NCBI GenBank assembly: GCA_951406725.2
Contig: OX597816.1
Coordinates: forward strand, 125,426,001-125,490,000
DNA length: 64,000 nucleotides
Source of the DNA: Octopus vulgaris
Lineage: Eukaryota
Direction: 5' to 3'
The position numbers and the translations under genes are program-made. The notes beneath the pieces are model-generated. The model made no database searches and was not told the DNA's origin. It saw only the letters and a program-made list of their open reading frames with translations. Shown here piece after piece: positions 1 through 11,973 of the stretch; the stretch's first letter is position 1, and each line of letters opens with the position of its first letter.

Positions 1-922
1 ACTGAAGCAAGTGCGATTTCAGGTCATCATCATTATTGATAATTTTACCATTCAAAGAATTCTGTAAATTTCGAAATAAATAGGAATCTGATGTTGCAAG
101 GCCAGGGCTGTATGGTGGATGTGACATCACTACCCAACTAGGCTCCAATAATTTTTCACGAATTAACAAAAATATGTGTCGTCTAGCTTTGTCATAGCGG
201 AACACGATTCTTTTACGATTTGCTAATCCTGGCCGTTTTCCTTTGATTGTTTTCTCCAGTTTCATTAGTTGTTGACAGTAAACATCTGAATTGAACGTCT
301 AGCTCCTTGGAAGCAGTTCAAAATACCCAACACCTTTGTAATCCCACCAAATTGACATTATGACCTTTTTCGATGCAATTCAGCTTTTGATGTGATTTGT
401 GCTGGTTCATTATGCTTGGACCATGATCGTTTTCGATTGATGTTATTGTAGACAATCCATTCTTCCTCACCAGTTATGATTCGTTTCAAAATAACTGCAA
501 TCTCTCGTACAGTTATATGACAATCAGATTTAATTATGGCTTTCATTCGCTCATCCTCAACTTCAGTTGGTCGACGAGAATGTTGGTCATCTTTGAGTGA
601 CAAATCTGAACGGAATTTTTAAAACCATTTCTGTCATGAGCATTTTATTAAGCAATCATCACCACAAACTTCACACATTTCTTTGTGAGCCTCAGGAGCT
701 TTCTAGCCTTTACGAAAATAAAAAAGCAAAATATGGCGAAAATGTTCGTTGTTGAGATCCATGTTAAAATTGACACTTAACTAACAGCTGTAAACAAAAT
801 TAATGGCAATTTGCTTCTAAAATAAGCTAAAACGTAAAATACGTATAAGATTGATAATGAAAATCGTTCAACAAAATCGTAACCCTGTTTGTGAAAAACG
901 AAATTACTTTCTTATCGACCGA

Positions 923-925
<3 letters not shown>
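1..925 (-). mobile_element. Decayed mariner DNA transposon; 3' part runs off the window
   Basis: Minus-strand translation gives N-terminal NEHFRHILLFYFRKG, then RRPTEV, RIITGEEEWIVYNN (ITGDEKW motif) and HPPYSPGLATSD near 85-120. TIR-like end at ~890-925 finishing in TA, matching the TIR at 7737. Confidence 0.88.
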
Positions 926-977
<52 letters not shown>

Positions 978-1337
978 GACAGATAGATAGATATTACATA
1001 TATGTATATATATTATATATATATATTTATATATATACAGAGAGAGAGAGAGAGAGAGTGAGAGAGATTATTTAGTTAACTAGTGATATTATTTATGCAA
1101 ATATATCACGGTAATGGTGAAGCAAGGAGGAAGGAAAATTAGAACTCAGTATAGAGGTGTATATATATATATATATATATTATTATTATTATTATTTAAA
1201 GAAGCGACAGAGGAACTCAAAATCGGTGATTCCGTGTGTTGGTAGTTATACTATATATATATATATACAATTGGCTTTATGTTTGAGTGTAAAAGATGAA
1301 AAATGGTTATAGATTCGCTTTTTCATGTTTATCGAAC

Positions 1338-1414
<77 letters not shown>

Positions 1415-1514
1415 GAGAGAACTATTAATTTAATATAATATAATATATTTTACTATAAAATTGGATTTAATCCTAAATCTGATTTTTCCCTGTAAGTTTG
1501 GATTTATTCCTTAA

Positions 1515-1551
<37 letters not shown>
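926..1551. repeat. Compound microsatellite (TG/TAGA/TA/GA) with short unique inserts
   Basis: Seen directly. Inserts recur elsewhere: 1266-1339 matches 2797-2870, 1441-1520 is the reverse complement of ~19500-19580, and 1195-1230 resembles 7350-7395. Confidence 0.9.
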
Positions 1552-1552
<1 letters not shown>

Positions 1553-1639
1553 TAGATCGTCATGTATGAAATTTGCAGAAAAAAATAATAGTTTGTGTCC
1601 GGGGAGAGTCATTCTCTTTTAGTGCCTTATAAAGAAAAG

Positions 1640-2545
1640 TTTGCAAATGTTTTATAAATACATGGAACAGTTTTATTCATCAAAGTATTCACCCATATTG
1701 TCAATGCATTTTTGCCATTTCAGCAGTAGCTTGTCCAGTCCGGATCTGTAAAAGCCTGGCAATCTAGAGTCAATAAAATCTTGGAAGGCCTGCTTTACAG
1801 CATCTTAGGAATTAATTTTTTTCCAGTCAATAAGTTATCCAAATTTTGAAAGAAGTGGTAGTCATTGGGAGCAAGATCAGATGAGTATGGTGGATGATGA
1901 TGAACTTCCAACTCCAACTCCTGTAGTTTCGCAAATGTCATTTTTGCGATATGTGTTCTGGCGTTGTCTTGCAATAAAATAGGAGTGGATCTGTTGACTA
2001 ATCAAGTCTGCTTTTGTAAATTTCTACATTGTTTGGTCCAGTTGGCTCCAGTATACTGTGATTGATGAGGCGGGTCTAATGAAATTATAATGGATCACAC
2101 CTGCGCCAGACGACCAAACACACACCATCAGCTTCCTTTGATGAATTTTGCCTTTTGGACTGTGTTTTGGTGGCTCGTCTTTGCCCAATCATTGGGCTGA
2201 ACGTTTACGGTTGTTGTATTGAATCCATTTCACATCGCATGTTACAATTCGATTCAAAAATGATTCATTTTTGTGACGAGAAAGTAGCATAATGCAGGCT
2301 TCCAAACCTTGCTGTTTCTGATTTTCATTGAGTTCATTTGGAACTCACTTATCCCAAATTTTCATTTCACCGATTTGAACTAGGTGAGTCAATATTGTTT
2401 GCTTGCTAACACCAAACATCAACAAAAATTCACGGGCACTTTGAGATGGATCTGACTCGACAGTGGCTTCCAGTTTGTCGTTATCCACCTTTGTTTCTGG
2501 TCGACTACGCTGCTCATTTCCACCATCAAAGTTCAAGTGTGGCAC
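1640..2545 (-). mobile_element. Decayed mariner transposase, 5'-truncated
   Basis: Motifs RSRPETKVDNDKL, IVTCDVKWI, LMVCVWS, LQDNARTH and PPYSSDLAPNDYHFF on the minus strand, with stops and frameshifts. Confidence 0.88.
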
Positions 2546-2868
2546 CTATAATAGCTAGTTTCGAAAATACTTAAATGTGCGGCTGACGCTATGCATGCAT
2601 GATACCCTTAGGTCTAATCTATTATTGATCAGGTTGTTCTTGTCCCTATACTCAAAAATTTCATAAGTTTCCATAGAACACAGTGCACACCTGTATCGAC
2701 TATCTCTATAAGGCTGCGCTTTCTTTATTATATCCCATTTAAGGCAAAATTTGATCCCGCATTCCTTCGGTTCCCAAATCTTGCTATATAAGGACGTACA
2801 ATTGGCTTTATGTTTGAGTGTAAAAGATGAAAAATGGTTATAGATTCGCTTTTTCATGTTTATCGAAC

Positions 2869-2921
<53 letters not shown>

Positions 2922-3138
2922 AATGTTAAATTTCTAAATATCTCATAGAAATATGTACGGTGGTGGAGCGATAGAGTGGTTGTATACTGTCAACTTAACG
3001 TGACAGTCCTGTAAAGGAATTATCTCACCGTTGTTTAGCCCTAGGAAGCATCGACGCTTCCTGTCGGCCTTGACACATTTCCTGTGTCCTTATATATTTA
3101 CGAAGGGGAGACAAACACCCCCAACAGTTAGGCCTGCA

Positions 3139-3184
3139 TCTAGAGACATGCATGTTCCTGGGTCTTGCCCATCATCAGTCTAGA
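3139..3184 (-). ncRNA. Minimal type I hammerhead ribozyme motif with mutated core (GGAA for GAAA)
   Basis: TCTAGA-CTGATGA-TGGG caaga CCCA-GGAA-C atgcat G-TC-TCTAGA on the minus strand. Confidence 0.65.
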
Positions 3185-3361
3185 GTAGCAGAGGCCTGCT
3201 AGCTGAATATATTTGTCTAGACTTCGTAAATATATATATATATTTTCAGAAATTTAATATTTCTGATTTTGGTAATCAGTGAATAAACTTCACTGAAAAT
3301 ATATATATATATATATTTACGAAGTCTAGATAAATATCTTCAGCTAGCAGGCCTCTGCTAC

Positions 3362-3407
3362 TCTAGACTGATGATAGGCAAGACCCAGAAACATGCATGT
3401 CTCTAGA
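3362..3407 (+). ncRNA. Minimal type I hammerhead ribozyme motif
   Basis: Stem I TCTAGA/TCTAGA, core CTGATGA (3368-3374), stem II TAGG/CCCA with one mismatch, GAAA (3388-3391), palindromic ACATGCATGT stem III, GTC cleavage triplet ending at 3401. Confidence 0.78.
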
Positions 3408-3728
3408 TGCAGGCTTAGCTGTTGGGGGTGTTTGTCTCCCCTTCGTAAATATATAAGGACACAGGAAATGTGTCAAGGCCGACAGGAAGTGTCGATGCTT
3501 CCTAGGACTAAACAGCGGTGGTGTAATTCCCTTACAGGACTGTCACGTTAAGTTGACAGTATACAACCACTCTCTCTCTATATATATATATAAAGTTACC
3601 AGCCTCAGTTATGATTGTAGATTTAGAAATTACGTTTTGGATTAGACATACGCCTAATAACGGACAGTGGAATTTAACTCTAAAATTGCAACCAGGAGCA
3701 TTACTACTATTAATATTATTGATATCCC

Positions 3729-3761
<33 letters not shown>

Positions 3762-3885
3762 TTTTTTTTTGTTTTTCTTCTTTCAAATTTTCTTCCATTT
3801 CTTGCCGAGTGTCTTCCCGACTCCTAGGGCAAAGAAACTCATAGTGTATATTGGTAGGCCATTAAACCAAACTCAGTAGTTCGTT

Positions 3886-4601
3886 AATTTTTTTTTTTTT
3901 TTTTTTAAAGTTAAATTAAAATACATGAGCAGCAACAGTTCTCACATCGACAATGCTCTTCTCAATACGTGTGATGTACCAGTTAAGACAATCTTTTGCA
4001 CTTCTTGCAGGGATGGTAAGCCAGGGATCATTCTCATATAATTTTCGGTTCCCTTCTTGATCATTCCTAGTGCTCCTACGATCACTGGTATTGTAACCGC
4101 CTTGAGATGCCACATTTTCTCAATTTCAATGAGTAGGTCTTTATATTTTCTGAGCTTGTCAAACTCTTTCGCTGAGATATTATGATCACAGGGGATGCTC
4201 ATGTCGATCAATAAGCAAACTTTATTGTTTTGGTCTTTCACAACAATATCTGGTTTATTGGCCTTGATGGTTCGGTCTGTATGTACTGGAAAGTCCCACA
4301 GAATGGTTACATTTTCTCCTTCAGTTACAGCCTCAGGGTGGTGATTATACCACTTGTCGGCAGTTTTGATATTGTAATGCCGACTTATTAGCCAGTGGAG
4401 ATATTGGCCAGCTCTGTCATGTCTTAATTTATACTCCACTGGTGCTAAGACTTTACATCCAGAGATTAGGTGGTCCACTGTTTCAATCATGTCGTTGCAG
4501 AATCGGCATTTTGGGTCTGCTCCATTTTTCATCACATTGGCCTGGTAGTTCCGGGTTAATAGGCTTTGGTCTTGAGCAGCCAGGATGAAACCTTCGCTCT
4601 C

Positions 4602-4602
<1 letters not shown>
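3886..4602 (-). mobile_element. 5'-truncated RLE non-LTR retrotransposon (R4/Dong-like), zinc knuckle plus endonuclease
   Basis: Open frame with AAQDQ, CRFC..ETVDHLISGC..RHD, ILWDF, KPDIV..LIDMSIP..KEFDKLRKYKDL, PVIVGALG. 5' junction is (AAT)n; 3' end is an A-tract. Confidence 0.9.
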
Positions 4603-4647
<45 letters not shown>

Positions 4648-4713
4648 GTGCAATTAAATGGAGTCGCTTGAAACAATCGTACTGCATCACATCTTGATAT
4701 CCTTTGCTTATTT

Positions 4714-4767
<54 letters not shown>

Positions 4768-4794
4768 ATGTATATCTATCTATCTATCTATCTT

Positions 4795-4836
<42 letters not shown>

Positions 4837-4987
4837 TATATATATATATATATTTAAATAGGACAAAATCTTCATAAGAAATTATCAAGTAGTTAGCGTG
4901 AAAAACCTCGTAAGAGAAACAATCTGTAAATTTTCTCAACTTGAAAATATTTATTTATATTATATAGAGGGCACTATTACACATAAA

Positions 4988-5034
4988 TGCCGCACGCTAG
5001 GAGGGACTTTAAAAGTCCCTCCTAGCGTGCGGCA
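4988..5034. repeat. Perfect palindrome, 23-bp arms with 1-nt centre, abutting (TA)n
   Basis: TGCCGCACGCTAGGAGGGACTTT-A-AAAGTCCCTCCTAGCGTGCGGCA. Confidence 0.92.
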
Positions 5035-5057
5035 ATATATATATATATATATATTGA

Positions 5058-7310
5058 TAGATTTCGGCTAGTAATGGCGCAGGCCATGTCTAAACTAATA
5101 GCACCACTTGGCAAAGTCATTCAAATCAGGAATCGGAAAACATGGCTCACTCATGTAGAGAGTTATTGTTTACAGAGACATATCTGGGTGTATGTAGTTT
5201 ATCCGGGATTTTTTTGAAGGAATTTGTTTAAAGACTTCTTGAACTTTATGGGCTCTGTCTCTGCTTTAATGTGTTCTAATGAAATGTTAAAGAGAGTGGG
5301 ACGAGTTGATGTGAAATAATTGTGCCGTATTGTTATGTGATGCAAGTATGATTTTGGTTGTGGGCGGAGAGCACGGAGCCCAAGTGTTGGGTGTATCTTA
5401 AAAGCAATGCCAATATCATTTCGGCCATGCTGATGGAATATTTTCCACGTCATGCAGATGATGTATCGCTAACGGTGGTGTTGCAGAGAATAAAGCTTGA
5501 GCTTTTCTAGTCGATCCCAATAGTCAAAGCCTCTCGTGCCATCTATCTTTTTTATAATTGACCTTTGGGGTGCTTCAGTTTTTATGATACTTTGTTTCGT
5601 GTGGGGAGACCATAGTGGACAACAGTATTCAAGGTGGGGTCGGGCAAAAGTGGAGAAGAGAGAAATGGTGTGGGTATATCACGACTGAAAATTTCTGAGA
5701 ATCTAGGCGCACATTCTGCTGGCCATGTCAACTTTACTGTTTATATGAGCGGCCCAGGTTATGTTGTTGTCCACAATTACTCCTAAGTCTCTGATGTTGT
5801 TGGATGCCATGAGAGTATCACCTGAAGGAAGGGAGTATTGGAGTGTCAGGGTATCCATTTTCCGAAGTGGATTAATTCAAATTTGTCCCTCGTTCAGCAG
5901 CATATTATTCTTTCCTGCCCATTCGTTTGATGATAGCCAGTAGATCTGACTGAAGGCATGCCTGGTCACCCTCTTCATTGATGACCTTCTGGATCTAGGA
6001 ATCATCTGCAAAGATTCGTATGTTACTGGGCTTGATGATGTCAGCAATGTCATTGATGTAGATCATAGAAAGAAGCCCGCTTCTTTCCACAGTGCCTTGT
6101 GGAACACCACTACTGACTTTGGCTGGGCTTGATTTTACTACTTCGACTGCTAGGTGTTGGATTCTGCCTGTCAGGAAACACTTGATCCATTGTAGTAACT
6201 TTCCAGTGACACCAAAGTTGGATAGTTATTTCAAGAGGCCTTGCTGAAATCAAGGTCGATGACATCAGTATACGATCCGTCTCCCAAAGCTCTCAAAATG
6301 TCATGAAACTGATGCAAGAGCTGCGTTAGGCATTTCCTTCCATTACAGAATACATGTTGGTTGGAGTCTGTTGACCTTTGGGGTGCTTCAGTTTTTATGA
6401 TACTTTGTTTCGTGTGGGGAGACCATAGTGGACAACAGTATTCAAGGTGGGGTCGGGCAAAAGTGGAGAAGAGAGAAATGGTGTGGGTATACCACGACTG
6501 AAAATTTCTGAGAATCTAGGCGCACATTCTGCAGTCTGTTGCTTTCAAGGAAGTGGGCTGTCTATGATCTCACCACCCTCTCAAACACTTTGATAATACG
6601 AGAGATGAGCGAGATCGGTCGGTAGTTCACTGTAAGGGACTTGTTTCCCTTTTTTGAAAACTAGAAACAGACAGTTTTCAGGAATACAACCAGCATTCAG
6701 GGAGTTCCTCCACAGATTAGCAAGAGGAAATGCAAGTTGATGTTGAGACACCTTCAGGACACAAGCAGGGAATCTATCAGCTCTACTGCTGAATTGTGTT
6801 TAATTTCGTTTTTTGCCGCTTAGACATCAGGGGCGTTAAACGTTATATCCGATAAAGTGTGTTGAGCGTTAACATTACTGATACAGTCCAGATTGACCAT
6901 ATCAGGATTGCTAAAAACAGAGCAGTACTCTTTCTGCAGTATCTCACTCATGGTTTTAGCATTGTCATGGAGAGTGCTAGTTTCATTAATTAGAGGCCCA
7001 ACAGTGGTGAAAGTTGCCGGGCTTTTTTTTGCTTCTGTTTGTTTTTTCTGTTTTTTGTTTTTTTTTGTTTTTTTTGCTAAAGTGAAGAACACTTTAGGGT
7101 TGAGTTTAATTTTCTCAATGGTCCATTTCTTCTCAGATGTTCTTTGGTTATTGATGATTGTCTTCATGTATTTTTGGAGGTTATACTTTTTTGATTCGAG
7201 CAGGGTGATAGCCGTCGAATTTACGTGTGGCTGCTGGCAGTGTTTTAGTTTAAAATCTTTGTTCTTTTTATTTTTCTAATAATCGTTTTCTGTTTTGGGG
7301 AATTCTGCGC
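5058..7310 (-). mobile_element. Decayed CR1/L2-group LINE ORF2 (RT) and 3' UTR
   Basis: NPKVFF, NYRPISLIS, SGVPQGTV, IYINDI, IFADDS, RDLGVIVD and RPHLEYCCPLWSP motifs. 3' UTR (GGTGCTATTAG..GGCC..GCCGAAA) is shared with 23450-23510. Confidence 0.88.
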
Positions 7311-7426
7311 ATAGTTTCAGTTTCCTTCAAATGTTAAGTGCCAACACGTACGAAATTAATGGTTTTGAGTTTCTCTGTTGCTTCTACTAAATATATTAAT
7401 GAATATATATATATGTATATATATAA

Positions 7427-7464
<38 letters not shown>

Positions 7465-7485
7465 TTGTATGTATATAGATAGATG

Positions 7486-7567
<82 letters not shown>

Positions 7568-7632
7568 AGTATACATATACCGCTATATTTAGTTCAAATG
7601 TTCCTCCTTGCATTACTATATTTGCATAGATA

Positions 7633-7709
<77 letters not shown>

Positions 7710-7736
7710 CTATCTATTTATCTATCTATCTAAATA

Positions 7737-8000
7737 TATTGGGTTGGCAACGAAGTAATTTCGTTTTTCGCAAATAAAATTACGATTTTTTTAATGACTT
7801 TTGTCAATTTCCTATTTTTTTCCTTTTGATATTTGATAGCAGTTGCTTTTAGTTTATTTCAGATTCAAGTTGCGCGTAATTTTATTTACAGCTGTTAGTT
7901 CAGTGTCATTTTTAACATGAAGTGCAACAACGAACATTTTCGCCATATTTTGCTTTTTTATTTCCGAAAGGCAAGAAAGCTTAACAGAACGCACATGTAG
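7737..8000 (+). mobile_element. Mariner 5' end (TIR plus transposase start), same family as 1-925
   Basis: TA-TTGGGTTGGCAACGAAGTAATTTCG TIR, then ATG..NEHFRHILLFYF at ~7917. Confidence 0.82.
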
Positions 8001-8022
8001 GAAATGGTTTTTAAAATTATAG

Positions 8023-8103
<81 letters not shown>

Positions 8104-8135
8104 TGCATACATACATACATACATACATACATACA

Positions 8136-8168
<33 letters not shown>

Positions 8169-8340
8169 GCATACATACATATATGCATGTAGCAACTCTT
8201 TAGATATTGTTCTGTTGCTACAATTCATATGTAGGTTTAACACTTACATGCAAGAAATTCCATTACACTTCATAGAACTGATGCTTCCAATAAAATATAT
8301 AGTGTCAATCTTTATCGTTCTTTCTAAAAGTATTTACCGA

Positions 8341-8383
<43 letters not shown>

Positions 8384-8459
8384 TTCTTTCTTTCTTACTT
8401 TCACTTGTATATATATGCATACATATACACACTCTTATATACATCTATGTCATTTGCAC

Positions 8460-8509
<50 letters not shown>

Positions 8510-9386
8510 ACATGTGTTCCAAATCGCATAGGCAGGAGAGTAGAGTGAGACATATTCTAAACTAATGCAGGCGATCTTATTAATTGTAACATCACCCGGT
8601 CGTCTCTAAAGCCTTTGTATGGTTAGATACCGGGACGTCTTTCATCAGTCTACAACTATATGTCTGATTGGTTCTTTATATAACATGTGTCTCCTTACAT
8701 CAATAATTCCAGATGTTGTGTGAGATGAGTCTCGAGAACTTATGATATTCTATTGCTGTTAGTTGCAATTTTATACAATATATATGTATTAGTGAATTCT
8801 TGCAGACACTTTCATCTGAATTTGTTGAGGAACATCCAACTACAACGAACATTGGAAATTTATTTCCGAGACAAACAATAAATTTGGAATATCCTGAAAT
8901 AAGTTCCCATATTTCAAAAAGTATTCTTCATTCATCGGTTTGACGTCTCATCGCAATAAGTTACGTTCTCAGCTTTCTTGTAGTATTATACAAGATAGTG
9001 AAGAATAAAAATACCAGGTGTTTTCAAATAGAAACATCGTAGGTTTCTTCACATGATAAACAATCGAAAAACTCTCTCGTTTACCAGAGGAATTTCAGTG
9101 ATATACTCATCTGTAAAAGCCTCTGCAGTGCTATACTAATTCATCTGTGAGAACCTCTACACCAAGGATCGAGACAGTTTCCTGCATACCTTAGTGCAAA
9201 TATCTAGCACTGAAAAAATTTTTTAAATGATCCAATTCTTCTTTGAGGATTAAAGCTCTGATACCACTTATTCCCAGTACACATAGTTGTTTCATATTTA
9301 CGACTGATGATTGTTTTCTGGTCTGCTGCAATATTTTGGAACCTGATTCGTTTGTTTGATATCAGATGGGTTCGATGTAATCAACT

Positions 9387-9687
9387 GTGGCCTAGTGGTT
9401 AGAGCAGCGGACTCGCGGTCGAGCGATCGCGGGTTCGAATCTCAGACCGGGCGATTTGTGTGTTTATGAGCGAAACACCTAAGCTCCACGCGGCTCCGCC
9501 AGAAGGTAATGGCGAACTTCTGCTGACTCTTTCGCCACAACTTTCTCTCACTCATTCCTCCTGAATCTTGCAGCTCACCTGCGACAGACTGGCGTCCCGT
9601 CCAGGTGGGGAACCTATACGCCAGGGAAACCAGGAAACCGGCCCTTATGAGCCAGAGATGGCTCGAGAAGGAACAAACAAGCAACAG
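9387..9687 (+). mobile_element. tRNA-derived SINE with V-domain-like body and 13-bp TSD
   Basis: A box TGGCCTAGTGG, B box GGTTCGAATC, body CCTGCGACAGACTGGCGTCCCGTCCAGG, (AAC)-type tail. TSD GATGTAATCRACT at 9374-9386 and 9688-9700. Confidence 0.88.
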
Positions 9688-9756
9688 GATGTAATCGACT
9701 AGCCTCTTCCCCTGAATTTGCTGACCTTGTGTCAAAATTTGAAATCAATATAACGG

Positions 9757-9948
9757 AAGGTAGTACGTCGGACAAGATTCATAACAGTATTTTGTCAGTG
9801 TTTACCTTCTGAGTTCGAAATCCGCTGACGTTGACTTTGACGTTCATCCTTTCAGGGTCGATGAAATATGTGCTAGTTGAACATTGGGGTCGATTCAATT
9901 AACTTACCCTCCCTCGAAATGCTGGTATTGTGCTAAAATTGGAAGCCA
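9757..9948 (+). mobile_element. Degenerate SINE of an abundant family (also at 45765 and 62790)
   Basis: TTCTGAGTTCGAAATCC..TTCATCCTTT..GGTCGAT pattern is shared with 62790-62970 and reverse-complemented at 45765-45900. Confidence 0.6.
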
Positions 9949-10126
9949 CCTTCAGGATTACTCTCATTAACTTACTAACATAACTAACTGTTTCATAGTT
10001 TCATACGCGGCAATTCCTAACAAACACTTCCCATATTACATTGACTTTGCACTTTTTTCAATATGTGAAACGTTTTGCTATCTTGTTATGGCAGAAAAAT
10101 AATAAGTAGGTTCATCAACTTTACAG

Positions 10127-10160
10127 AGATATCACTACTTTGCCGATAAAATTGTTACAG
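10127..10160 (+). other. Possible 34-nt micro-exon
   Basis: ctttacag acceptor and a consensus CAG|GTAAGT donor in non-repetitive sequence. No partner exons identified. Confidence 0.25.
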
Positions 10161-10559
10161 GTAAGTATTTTTTATTAGTTTCGTATTTTGATAAGCATAT
10201 CCTGATTGTACTTCTTATTTAAATGACTGTTTACTACATGGACACTCCGTCTTCTTAATGAGAAAATTAAACGGTATATTTAGTCGAATGATTGTTTTGA
10301 ATTTATCGTCTGTTGGCGTTTTATGGCGGCTCTATATGCGTGCACTTGACTTTAGTCTAAGTAAATTTAAATCGTTCTGTTTCGAAATCCCTTTCTTAAG
10401 TGTTACATAACAGTCAATATATTAAAAGTACCAGTGTAAGTCTTAAACATTTCCATTAAATAATATGAAACTGTTGCTCTTTTTTCGGATGATACATAGG
10501 TTGCCTTTAGAGAACATTCTGGTAATAGGTCCGCAAGTGACGTCATGTTCGACCTACAT

Positions 10560-11973
10560 ATGGGGGTGCATAATCTGTTTAAGTCGGTTTTAATTGAGGT
10601 ATTAAGGACAACTCGAGTTTAACGCTCAAGTTTAACATCGTATTTGTTAGTCCGCTTTTTTTAGGAAATCTGTATGTCATTAAATGAATCTTTAATGTGA
10701 AGATTTTGAATATTACTATCATGATGTGTTCATATTGAAATCCTACTGCATTATAACTACTTTTCGCAATGAAAGAATACCACTCAGGGTTTCTTCAGCA
10801 AAGTTGCTGGTAACTTACTGCTGAAAGTAAATCTAACTCTATGGAGTTCAGTATAATGAACATTAAGCAGAAACTGTTTTAGTAAAAAGGGGAAATATTA
10901 AGGCGGCGATATTGTACTAGAAGCTCGTTTCCATGCTTATACAGTTTGACTGTCTTAGAGATAAAACACTTTCTGCCCGCACTGTCAACCGCATGCGCAT
11001 ATTTGAACATACACTCTTCCAGGAAATGAGCTGTGCCTTGAAATCGGTATAATCTGATGAAGCAACGGATAGCGGGCATTCAAAGCATCATATAATCATT
11101 GCAGTTGCTGGGCATGACCGACTGGAACAAGTTGAAAGTGTATCACCCTCTCTAAATTTTGCTAAATATACACGACCTTCTGTTCATCTGACCCTATTTT
11201 ACAACAGGTTCTGAAGCCTGGTCGGAAAAAAGCACCTGATTTCTCTTATTATGATTGCGAAAATAGATCCATTTTCCATCCACCAGTTACATTTCAGCGT
11301 CAAGAACAGGCATTTACATAGATTGACAACATTTGCTTACAACTGTTTACACATAGTTGAGCCTACACATTGGTCAGTTCCTAGTGAACTTCTCTACGGC
11401 GTCTGTTCACAAGGCCGAGTTTATGTAATTGCCAAGTTTTGCTGACAATATACGAGTGCTTGTGCTTGTCGGTTTTTCAAACGTTTCAAGCAAGGTCTTA
11501 TCATCTACAACAGAAGGGCACTCTGGCCTTGTTGTGTTTTCGATCCTAGTATCACCTTCCCTGAAATGTTTGAACTAGTTTCATGTCATGCGTTCGTTGA
11601 CATTTCGTAGGCCCTCTACAACTACGTCATTAATTTTTTTTGTCGCTGCCTTTGCACTTGGTCCGTTTTTCCGCAAATAGAGTAAATGGTTTTAATTGGA
11701 ATTTTTCATCACTCATTATCAAGGCTGCAGAACAAATAATAAACAATTAATGTTCATGTGCTACATATGAAATAAGAAAAAAATAAACAATTTATCAACG
11801 ATCATATCAAAGAAACACTCTTACCTTTATCTTCAATCTTAGGCAATATGCAATTATAACCTTCCAAAGCGCTACATGTACTGTTCTTTACAATTACAAG
11901 TAATTTGTTTTTCCATTTCACATACATACCAAAGTAAAATAAATGTCCTAATGTTTAATCAACACCCCCTCAT
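10560..11973 (-). mobile_element. Highly decayed mariner
   Basis: FKHFREGD..RPECPSVVDDKTL (~11490-11580) and VTGDGKWIYFRN (~11255-11295). TIR-like ATGTCCTAATGTTTAATCAACAC..TA at ~11943-11974. Left boundary uncertain. Confidence 0.65.

Larger units (their letters stand above)
2973..3573. repeat. ~280-bp-arm inverted repeat, probably inverted PLE pseudo-LTRs
   Basis: 2973-3249 is the near-perfect reverse complement of 3293-3573. Flanked by (TA)n/(GA)n; each arm has a hammerhead motif. Confidence 0.9.
2550..3885 (-). mobile_element. Penelope-like element GIY-YIG endonuclease region, split by an insertion at ~2871-3590
   Basis: 3532-3798 reads CNFR..CPLLGVCL..NVI..FIYI. 2555-2870 continues ICSINMKKRIYNH..WDIIKKA..CALCSME..LINNR..CMH. 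The halves join at the YIG motif. Confidence 0.8.

Noticed and set aside
8590-8655. CTGATGA on the minus strand near a (TA)n tract
   Set aside because: No downstream GAAA or consistent stems, so not called as a hammerhead.
9387-9460. tRNA gene
   Set aside because: No complete cloverleaf; continues into a SINE body with tail and TSD.
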